From the NCBI GenBank assembly GCA_051294375.1, contig JBJCIZ010000239.1:925721-989720 (forward strand): DNA of 64,000 nucleotides, written 5' to 3'. Below, one piece after another: positions 1 through 10,842 of the stretch. The notes beneath the pieces were generated by a model. It searched no databases. It was not told the DNA's origin and saw nothing but the letters and a program-made list of their open reading frames with translations. Position 1 is the first letter of the stretch, and every line of letters begins with the position of its first letter. The translations under genes were made by a program, and so were the position numbers. The DNA is from Paraspadella gotoi (lineage: Eukaryota > Animalia > Chaetognatha).

Positions 1-6
1 TCAGAC

Positions 7-1048
7 ATGGCCAACGCTGATGAAGCCTGCAATACAATGGAATCAAAGGCTACCAACTGCGAGGTCCTCCCTTTACATCCCCAATTCGCCGATGACGCGA
101 GAAACGTTTTGCTCAGTGGTTTCGACGATGACCCTTCATTGCACGGAGTTGCTCCCGATGAAAATGATCGAAGGCTCTACCTCAATTCGTAAGTTTGATC
201 TCACTTTCTGCAATCCATTCGATCATGTTTCTTTAAAGTTAATAAATTTTAGCCTCTTTTCTTTTCGAAGTTTGGCGAGTTTGATTTATCACTACAGTCT
301 TGCTCCGTCGGAAAGCTTTGTTAAAAGCCATCAACCATTGCCAATAGTCGTTAAGACTACAGAAGGTAAAATGGTAAAATGTTTTCGAGTATTCGTTATT
401 TCCCATTTTGATTCTTTTAATTCTTCGGCAGTTGACCATTCGACCGTCGTCACGGTTGCTTATTGCAACGTGGTGCCGATGGCTGGGTTTGGCTTGGAAC
501 TGAGAACCGTGTACTTTATATCACGATGGTTGGGTGTAAACGGATACAGAGTTTACAGAAGACTTGAATCCTACCACAGGGTGGTTGAGAAATTTGAGGT
601 GCTTCTAATTCGATATTATTATTAACAGAAATTCCCTGACCTTACCTTACTACCCCTTACTTTTTTTTTCAGAGCGCCATCGCGGATTATCTTGGCATTC
701 CGCGGAACGAAATCAATAACCCACTCATTGTCTCCAATCTGCAATGGATCTGCACGTTGCCCGAGAAACGAGGCAAAGTGGGTTGTAATCGTAATCACGA
801 TTTTCCTCGACTTCTTATTGACACGGCGTGATTTCCGTTTCCAGGGTTACGGTTCCGCCGCTCTCGATCACGTGATTCGTCATTTCGACGCCGAGAAAAT
901 TCCCCTGATGGTTTTTTCGTCGAATCCACGAAATTTGTCTTTTTATCGACGCAAAGGATTCGTGGATCTGATCTCGGAGACTTGGAAAGGCGCCGTGTTG
1001 ACGGGTTGCGCCAGGAAAGTTGGCGGAGAGAGTTGGGAGTTTGATTGA
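7..1048 (+). CDS. GNAT-family N-acetyltransferase, 5 exons (7-188, 298-365, 432-598, 673-777, 845-1048)
   Basis: GT-AG introns with matching phases. The spliced product has N-terminal LLSGFDDDP, acetyl-CoA motif A (ICTLPEKRGK|GYGSAAL) split by intron 778-844, and motif B (SSNPRNLSFYRRKGF). Confidence 0.85.
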
Positions 1049-1202
1049 TTCTGGCATCAGTGTCCGTTGCGGGGGTATTTCGCTTTCGTTTCATTGCAAC
1101 AACTTTGAAAAAAAAGGTTTGCCGCGCTTCGCTTTTCGCCCGTAACCTCACTTAATTTTAGTGCGAAAAAGATATGAAGTTGGTACTTCCGATATAAAAA
1201 AA

Positions 1203-1291
1203 AATTATCCATTCATTTAATGAATAAGCTATCTTGTCCCTGACTTTGGACAGGCTTTGGTGGCTTAAGGCCTCCATCACTCTTAGAAGAT
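1203..1291 (+). mobile_element. Partial copy of interspersed repeat family A
   Basis: Near-identical to the 5' part of 13866-14127 (ataagctatcttg.ccctgactttggacaggctttggtgg.ttaaggcctccatcactctta). Confidence 0.75.
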
Positions 1292-1838
1292 TACTTTTTT
1301 CTACTATATTAGACTAAATTCGATTAAAATTAAAAATAATGTAACAATTTATTGTATTTCACTATATATTAGATTTAATTATATTCTTTATATTAAGTAT
1401 ATTCTTATATAATGTAATGGGGAGAGGGATTTAATACCCCAACTCTGAAGCTTCATACATATTTAATAAATATATTTTTAATAATCACTTTTTGGCGGTT
1501 GTCTATTTTTGTTGTATTAAGAGTCGATGCCTCATATTTCAGTTATACCTTCTATATTTGTTGGGAATAATTAATGAATGAATGTATTGTTGAATAAACA
1601 AAAGATGAAATCTCGCTTTAGGCTTGTTTATTATAATTTGACTTTTTAATTAATGTCATTGTCAACTTTATTTTTCTCTTAAATTTCTCATTTTAAATTT
1701 TTAAATTTTTTTATTTCTAACTCGAATTCTCAACTTAAACTTAACAGAAGAATATTTTCTTGAGGTTCAATTGTTCTTTTTGTTTTCTTCCGATTTTTCG
1801 AAATCGCGCCGATGTACGGCGCTTCGGTACAAAATCGC

Positions 1839-1842
<4 letters not shown>

Positions 1843-1929
<87 letters not shown>
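1843..1929. repeat. (CT)n microsatellite, representative of dozens in the window (e.g. 2328-2406, 22066-22217, 40484-40584, 55139-55273)
   Basis: Directly visible. It explains the many SLSL/ERER pseudo-ORFs. Confidence 0.95.
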
Positions 1930-1931
<2 letters not shown>

Positions 1932-2326
1932 GATTCGGAACCGCAAAAAAAATCTTTCCTCAGATGTTCAGCCCCATGAAACAAACGCCGCTATTCGTCG
2001 TCGTCGTCGTCATCGTCGTCCTGTTTTTGATTCCATTATACTTTCGTGTGGGCTTCGACTTAATCATCTTCGTAGTTAATGAAACCAGAAACAAATAAAG
2101 AAAAATTTCCGACTTCGGAAAACGGAAACGACAGAAAGTAACGTCTAATGTCGTCGTTTTGTTTTTTTTTAATCAATGTTTTTGTCTTTGTTTTGCCCGT
2201 TACACTCTTTGTTTTGTATGTTTTTTTTTTAAATTCGTTCCTGTTTCTCTTATGCTTTTTTTCAGGCGTTTCATTTGTTCAAACTTTTGTAAATAAAATT
2301 GATTTTTAATGGTGTCAACGAACCAG

Positions 2327-2410
<84 letters not shown>

Positions 2411-3026
2411 CGTATCCGCTTTTTACTTTTCGTGTTCCAAAAATTTTTTCAACGGTTTTTTTTCAGGAAAAGGAATTTTTTTTTCTTTTTTTTTCTTTTT
2501 TGTTGCTAAAAAACAAAAAAGGGAATGAAAATCCTTTGGCGAAATAAAATAAATTGATTGCGTCGTTGCAACAAGTGGCCTGTTGGCCTCTTTGCGGTTT
2601 CATCTGGTTTCATCTGGAAATGTTACATAATTTATTCGATTCACTCGCTTTTGTTTAGCATCCATTATCATGATAAAAAGAAGTTTATAGCGTAATCAAT
2701 TTTGCTCAAATTTTTTTCGGCTCAGTTCTTAGTTTGTTTCTAAATTATTTTCTTTTAACTAAAGTTTTGTTAAAAAACTGCAATTATTAACTAACCCCGC
2801 TTCAATTTATTATTGAAGTCGTTCAAATAATCCGCATTGCTCAAATTAGTTTGGAATCTCACTACCAGGACGAATATGATTTTACAAAATTGTACTCTTT
2901 TTTCTTAAAGACCTAAATCAATATACTAACCATTTTACAATTATATACCGTTTATAACTTTATTTTTTTTAGATACACAATCCTTAATAAATAAATTAAA
3001 AAAAAAAAGCGACGCCACGATGACGC

Positions 3027-3034
3027 TGACGTCA
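3027..3034. promoter_or_regulatory. Palindromic CRE (TGACGTCA) about 70 bp upstream of the TOGARAM1 start codon
   Basis: Exact CRE at the AT-to-GC transition, with a related gacgtcacttcc at about 3075-3086. Function is inferred only. Confidence 0.3.
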
Positions 3035-3100
3035 CCCTTTTGACGCGGACATGCGGCGTCACCCGAGCGAATTCGACGTCACTTCCTTCGCCCACGTACG

Positions 3101-6100
3101 ATGGGCGAATCCTCAATAGGCGGCGCCAGGAGAGTCGGCGGCGGCGTCAGGAGCAGCAGGAACGTCGGCGGCGCTGCAGGGACGAGAATGGCGCCGGGCC
3201 GCGTCGAGGACGAAGCGTCGTCCGTCGCCGGTCGATTTGCGGCAGCCGCGTCGCCGCAATCCAAGCGTTTACAACAACTACCGCAACCTCCGCAGCAACT
3301 CGACTCGATTCTGCCTCAGCAGCAGCTGCTGCTGCAAAGTTCTTCTCCGCAACTTCAGCAGCAGCAGCAAAAACGGCAGAAATTCCCGCCGTCGCCGACG
3401 CTTCCTTCGCCGACGCACCTCGCGGCGCTGCACAACGGCTTCCACGGCTCCGAATCGGATATCACGGCGCCGCCGAGGACTCAAGCGGCGCCGTGCAGCG
3501 GAGGCGCCGTCGATCCTCGATCTCGTCATTCGTCCACCACCGTCGCCTCTGTGATCTCTCCTCTGCCGCGGGACGGCGGCGGAGGCGGCGGCAGCAGCAG
3601 CTGCCCCCGTCTCCATCGCTCCAGCGGATCCTCGACGCCCGATTTGTCCGATCTCGTCGACTCCTTCGTCGAGGAGCGAACCGACCGACGACGCAAAGCT
3701 CATCTCGTCTCTCTGCTCCACCAAACTCTTCGCTCCAACGGATCCCTACTTCGCTCTTGCTCCACCTCGAAGCGAGCCGCTCTCTTGGAGGAGCTGGCCG
3801 AGTCGTTGAAGACGGACGATTGGGATCTGGCGTTGCCGTGCATCAGATTGCTGGAGGAGTTGATTCCCAAATTGGGGCCGGAATCGTTGGACGCGTTGGT
3901 GGCGCCGGCGATTCCCAATCTGGTCCCGTTTTTGGGAGACAAGCGGATCACTGTGAGGAAGAATACTGTGCAAGCGTTGCACGTGTACATGCGGCACACG
4001 CGGGACATCGATCACGTGTTCGCGAGGATCGTTGAAAGCGGACTGTTGACGAAGGACGGACAATTGCGACATCAGGTTGATAGAGGGCGGTAGAGGGTTG
4101 TTGTTTTGTTTTGAGATTTGAATTTGCTTTTGCTTTGTTTTGTTTTTGTGTATATTTTTAAAAATGTTGATAAAAAATAACTAAAAATAATTCACTAACA
4201 CTGGATTTATTTGGGTTTTTTTAAAAAAAGTCATTTTTGTTATTTTGTATTCTGAAAAAAAAAAAAAAAACGCTTTGGATTTTGTTTCAAAATGTATTAA
4301 TTGTATCATTTTATAGTAAAATGCATTGCAGCCGGACGCTAACTTCCAATTTTTTTTTTTGAAAAACAATTGTAATACTTTTTTAATAACTGATTTGCCT
4401 TTTTACAAACATCCAACAAATTTTAAGAACCAAATCAAAGGTATGGCAACAGACGGGTTGCTTGTGATGCCCATTGGGATGTGGCATCTTACTGTTGGCT
4501 TTGTGGGCTTCCGACCCTCAGTGACGCATCCAGTCACTGGCGCGGTTACCCTAGGACGGTCTCGCTTTGCCAACGCAGAGGGAAGTCGTTTGGACTGTGG
4601 ATGTGGATGGAACACAAAGCCTGGGATGGTGCGTTCCCCCTCTGAGCCAATAGTATTGGCTGAACGATGGTGGACGTGAGGCGGTGTGAATATACCACCC
4701 CTTTAGTCTATAAAACTTCCTCGCCCAAATTCTTGTCCCCCCCCCCAAATCAGGTCATGCTCTCTCTCCCTATCCTTCTCACTCCCGAATTCGCCCACGA
4801 GAACTTCTACTCGCTCGTCCACGGATTGGCCAAGATGTTGGTGGGAGAACCCTCCAACTCCGAGGATCTTCTCATCCCAACGTCTTTGATGATCATGGAA
4901 AAGATTCGACGCCTCGTCGGCGACGACGTCTTCTCCAGCTACTTGAACCGGATGAGCGGTGCGTTGAAGGAATACTACGACAAGCTGATGCGGAAGAAGA
5001 GGGAGTCGGTCAACAGCTACACCGCGAATTACGAGATGGATCATCGCTTGGAGGTGGAGAGGATCGTCGAGGATGCTTCGGAGGGTTCGAAGGGCTCGAG
5101 CCTTTCCGCGGAGGAGGCGGCGCCTTATCTGGAGTGCGGCTTCATTCCTTTGTCTCTGATGAACTCGCTGTCGGACAAGGAGCATCGGGTCAGAGCCAAC
5201 GCCGTGGAAGAGTTGAAGGTGAGTTAATTATGAACAATATTTTATCAAATAGCGTTTTAAATCAAGAAAAATTATTTTTATTTTTCAATTTGGGCTGCAT
5301 TTATAAAAACATAAAAAATTTTTAAATATTTTTTGTTCCTAATTTTGGTGGTAGATTTGAATAATAGATCATATTGTGGCAGCAATAATTATATATCTTT
5401 TTTTCACAATTCTGTCATTAAGAATTAATATCAACATTTTTATCATAATACAATTTTTTGTAAGCAATTTCATTTTCAAACTTAAATGATAGCAAATAAT
5501 TATGCCATTTTTTTTTTATTTTCAGAATTTTAAAATTTGAAATCTTAACATTTTTTATTATAAAACTACTACGCCCATTGTATAAATACTAAGATTTTAG
5601 AAACATCCTAAATTAACACGACTCCTTATCCAAGGCGGTCCTCGACGGCGTCGTCGACTTCAAACCCGTCCTCCCATTCACGAGACAAGTCTTCAGTCTC
5701 ATCTCCAACCTCTTCGAAGAGCACCACCTCCACCTCCCGATGGTCATCTCTCTCTTAGAAGTCCAGAACCTCTTCCTCAAAAAAGTTTTGAGCAACACGG
5801 CGTCCGCGGAACTGGCTCTCTACCCCGACCTGCATCTCATCGTCTCCTCCTTGGCCAAAGTGATGCCCAACAACGTCGTCGAGGTTCGAAAATCCGTCGT
5901 CAAGACCTTCATGCACATCACGGACGTCCTTCTGCCGCAGGTGGTGCTCGATCTCTTGGTGGATCTCAACTTCGGACATCGTAATCCTCACGTGAGACAG
6001 TCGGCGATCGATATTCTCACCGTGGCCCTTCACTCCTACTCGACGGAAAAGATCGATTTGATGAAGATGACGGAGAGAGTCGGTCCCATGCTTCTCGATC

Positions 6101-8112
6101 CTAAATCGAGAGTCAGACAAGCGGCGATGGAATGCTTGTGTCTGCTCGCTTCTTTGCTCAAGAAGCAAGAGATCGCGGAGAAGAAGAGACGCGTGACCAT
6201 CTCGACCAGATTCGCTCACGCCATCGAAAAAGTGGAGAGAAATTTCACTGAAACGGACGGACTCCTCGCGGCCGTGAACGCGAGACTCTCGCGCGACGCC
6301 CAACCCAAGTTGACTCACGAGGGTTTGATCGAGTACGGAGTGAAACTTCCGGAAGACGAAACTGAAAACATCGAGGCTTCGGAAAAAAACGCGGACCTTC
6401 TCTGGATCGTTGGGAGAAAGAAGGAGGAGAAACTTTCCTTGTCCCGCGAAAAAACGATCATCGACAACGTGCTTTCCGGTCAGCCGTCGATGAAAGCGAT
6501 ATCCCGGGACAACTCGCTCTCTAACGTCGCGTCCCCGGCCAAAGTTATCAGATCCACGGGCTCGACGGCCTCGCCGGCGGCGAGAAAAGGAAACTCTTCC
6601 TTTCCATGGGACGAAACTGACAAAAATACTCAAAGCAAAAACGACTCGAGTACCTCGTCGAGCGACAAGCCTTGGAGGCAAGCGTCGTTTTTGTCGCGGG
6701 CGGACAGCGTGAATTCTATCAACGAGGTCAGACCGTTGAAAGCCGTTTCTTCCTTTCACTTTCTGGAAGGCGAGGTCGCCTCGCCCACAGTGGACGATCC
6801 ATTCCCTCCCGACCAACTCCCGCCGAATTTTCCCGCCCTTCCGAAACCGGAACTCAAGACTCCCACCGTAGAGGCTAATTTAAGCCTCAACCGAAGCGGC
6901 CGGGGCTCCATCCTTCTCCCTTCGCACGGCTCTATGAGCGCGCCGCCCCAATGTTCTTATCCCACGCTTCCGAATTATCCTCAGATCAACTCGTGTCCCA
7001 ACAGCGGAAGCTTGGAGGCGCAGAGAAAGAGAGTGGAGCGGAGAGAGGAGATGGCGCCACTGGACAAGGAGGCGTGCGACAGCGGCGGCGGCGGCGGGGC
7101 GGCCGCTCCAATCCCCACCGCCTTCTCCTCCCCTCTAATTTCGCCCTTCGGCTCAAGAAACAGTCTTCTATTCGAAGAAGACTCGCCCAAACCGATACCT
7201 ACCCGACCAATGTTGGCCCGTTCGGCTAGCGGCAAGACGAAGCAGTTGCCGCCGATAGACCTCACCTCTTTTCTCGCCGCCAGGGACGGGTCGGACTGGG
7301 AAACGCCGCCGACGAGGGAACCTACCCGGGTAATGGAGCCGCGATACGGGGAGAGGATCTTCGAAGTTGTCGGCGGCGGCGGCGGCGGCGTCGCCGCCGG
7401 GGAAGAACGAACTCCTTCGCCTTACGGAGACAAGCCCGTTTCCTCCCGAGTGCTCAACGTCAGGCTTTCCGCCCAGCGACGCCTGCACAAGATGTTCCAG
7501 GCGGCAGGGGGCGTCGATGTCGCCGGAAAATCCATTCGATCGGCGCCGAATTCCGGACGAGACCGGAAGCTTCTCTCTCAGTCGCTGTCGCCGTCGTCGT
7601 CGCCGCTGGATCTCGACGAAAGCGGCGTCTTTTCTCAGAGCGCCGCTTCGATTCTGGCCAAGTCTCCCAGGACGCCGCCGACCCCACCGACGCCGGGTGA
7701 AATCGACGCCGAAGAAGTTGACGCCTCGCGGAAAACGACGCCGCGGTTAGCGGCGTTGTCAGCGGCGACGGCGGCAACGGGTTCCGCCTCGGCGCTGCCG
7801 GCAGCGACGACCGCAGCGGCTCCTGCGGCGACGCTGCCGTCGAAGATCCCGAGACACAGAATCTACGGGAAAAAAACGGCGCCTCTGAACGACGACGAAG
7901 GCGACGATACGAGTCGACACAAACTTCCTCTTCTGCACAAAGAGAAGACGGAACCAATCAGCGTCAAGAGACGATCGCCTCGAATCGTCGCGGGTCGTAA
8001 TCACAACAACAACGACGAAGACCAAAGCTCGAACGACAACAAACAATTGAGCAACAAACGCGCCTTCAGCGAACCGAATATGAGTCGTGTCGGACGTGGG
8101 AAATATTCAGGA

Positions 8113-8161
<49 letters not shown>

Positions 8162-9429
8162 ACTCCTGGATGAGTAAAACGGATCCGACGGAAAATCACA
8201 AACTTCCGCCCGTGAAAAGAAATCTTTACGGCGCCGAAAAATCGACGCCGCCATCGACGATCGACGCCGGCGACGCTCTAGTGGGCGTTGGTGACGCCGT
8301 TTTAGCCTCCGACGCCGGAAACGATCTCGGCGCGAGTAAGACGGGGAATTATCGACGGGAAAACAACAACAACTATAGCAACAGTGGAAACGGTTGGAAC
8401 CATAACAACAACAACATACAACGAAAATTGGCGGGAGCGACGAGTCCAGAGAAACTAGATCGAGATCCTTCGACGCCGTCTCAGCAGAAGCAGCAGCAAC
8501 AGCCGCAGCAACGTCCTCCGCCGCATCCGCCCCCGCCGCAGCGCCATCCGACGGTCAGCGTTCAAGAATTGGCGCCGCCCGATCACACGGTTCCGGGATT
8601 CTCCGCCAGTGGCGCTGCGGTCGATGTAGAGGGAGTGGAGCTCGGCGCCGGCGAGGCGCTCAACAGCCTGGCGTCGTCCGATTGGGAGAAAAAGTGCCTG
8701 GGCCTGGCGGGCATCAGGCGCCTCGCTTCGGCTCAGCCCGAGAGTCTCCAGGCGTCCGTCCATTCGATCCTCATCGCCGTCGACGCGGAAATGAAGAATT
8801 TGCGGTCCCAAGTCTCCCGCGCGGCGCTGCATTGCATGGCCGTTCTCTTTGCCGCGGCGCCGTTGAAGAAGGGGCTCGAAACGGATTTGGAAATGTTGAG
8901 CCGGACTTTGCTGAACAAAGCTGGAGAGAGCAACAACTTCATCCGGGAAGACGTGGACAGAGCGTTGTCCTCCATGGTGGAGCATCTCAGCTCCTCGCGG
9001 GTCCTCGCCGCCATCTGCGCTCACGGTCTCGCTCATAAGAACGTCGGGGTTAGAAGATCGACGGCCGCGGCCGTTTGGGCCGTGGTCGAACGGCTCGGGC
9101 CGGGGAAAGCCTTGAAAGGCGGGAGGGACGTGACGGAGCGGCTGCTGAACGCCGCCGCCCAGTTGGTCGTCGACGGTTCGCAGGAGACGAGATTTTTCGG
9201 CAAGAAAATCCTTCATTCGTTGATGTCGCATCCGGAATTCGATCGAATCGTCGGCAAGACTCTCGCGGCCAAACCCGCCAACGACGTTCGCAACGCGGTG
9301 GAGAATATCGTCGCCAAGGGGTTCTGCGGCGAGGCGGCGTCGGCTGCGGCGGGGAGGCGTGGCGGATCCGGCGGGAGACGGCGTCGTGCCCGAGAAAACA
9401 GGTCCACTTCCGGCAGCGTCGGGAAATGA
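3101..9429 (+). CDS. TOGARAM1: TOG array regulator of axonemal microtubules (crescerin/FAM179B/CHE-12-like), 3 exons (3101-4075, 4754-5218, 5635-9429), about 1744 aa
   Basis: Phase-0 GT-AG introns. HEAT/TOG segments include LVPFLGDKRITVRKNTVQAL, HRNPHVRQSAIDIL...LLDPKSRVRQAAMECL and LASSDWEKKCLGL...MKNLRSQVSRAALHCM...ESNNFIREDVDRAL...DGSQETRFFGKKIL. A long S/P-rich linker precedes the last TOG. Confidence 0.9.
4443..4698. mobile_element. Structured interspersed element family C, copy 1 (in TOGARAM1 intron 1)
   Basis: Highly similar to 37829-38051 and made of multiple hairpins. Confidence 0.75.
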
Positions 9430-10448
9430 GGGACGTTGGAGGATTCGTCCGGCCGAGAATTTTATCTAATTATTTTTTTTCTTTTTTTTTGGGGGGGGGG
9501 GGCTAGATAAAAATAATATCATTTACTACCATAGATAATAGTAATAGTTTTTTTTTTCTCTCGTTTTCATCGTAATTGTTATTGTTTTTTTTTTTAGGGG
9601 CGTGTAAATTTGGGGGAGGAGGGTCAGCGAGACCCGGAAAAACCTAGTAGACAGTGATCAAAAGTAGTTTGTCCCACCAAAATGTATTCATAACCGTTCA
9701 AAGTATTAATTATTAACTATATTAATTATTAAGACGTTTGTTTTTTTTTTTACATTTTCACTTTGAAAAAAGAAAGGATTTTACTCTTTCACGATCCGAT
9801 GGAGAGAGAGAACTGGTGCTAATTTTGTGTCTCTCGATTTATGAAATATTTTGACGGCGAAAAAAGAGTCGATTTTATCCCTAAATATTTTATAATTATT
9901 TAGGAATATATATAATTTATATAATAAATCTATAATTTATTCCCAAAAAAAAGGAAAACTTTTTATTAGCCGCTCAATGTATGGAATTGATAAAATATTA
10001 ATTGTTAATTTCTACTCTTCTTCCAATCAACGTATTGCTCGGTACTAATTTTAAAAACAGCTAAAAAAAAAAACAAAACAAAAAAAACCACCGAGACGAC
10101 GAGAATATAATACTTCTTTAAATAAAAACATAGTTGTACATTGTTTAAAACAAATGTAAATTTCGATCTAGTCATGACTTTTTATTATAGGTTCCCGCAG
10201 TATATTTCGAATTTTAAATCTTTTTTTCTTTTTTTTAAACTTTTTCGATTTTCATTGAATCTTTTTTGTCTTTTTTTTTTCTGTCTCAGTTCAAGAGAAT
10301 AACAACAACAACGACGACAGACTAATTGGCGGGGCCGAAAAAGGCGCTCGCAGGCGCCATGTTTTCCGGTCATCGGAAATAACGCAAAAAAACAAAAAAA
10401 CAACAAAACAAAAACAAAAAAAAACAAAAGGCAAAACAAAAAACAAAG

Positions 10449-10809
10449 ATGGCGGAAGAGAATCTCAAAGTTGTGGTGAGAGTCAGACCGATGGCAGCGA
10501 GAGAAAAACGGGCCAAATGCATCGTAGCCATGGAAGGTATAATTATTAATTAATAATAACAATTTTATATAATGATTAAAAATTTATATAGTATAAAATG
10601 TTAGATATTGATATTGATTACTCTATATCATCAGCGTTGACAAAAAATTTTTAGAAGGGAATTTACCTCGGAACAATTGAAAAATAATAATGATAATGAT
10701 TAATATTTTAATTATATATCTTACACTAGTTAATAATTTTTGAATTTTTGATTTTTCTCTACAGGAAATCAAACTCTAATCTCCAATCCAAACTTTCGCG
10801 GTTTGTCGA

Positions 10810-10842
<33 letters not shown>

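Noticed and set aside
5755-9231. Long minus-strand ORFs (353 aa, 258 aa and others)
   Set aside because: Antisense shadows of the GC-rich TOGARAM1 exon.
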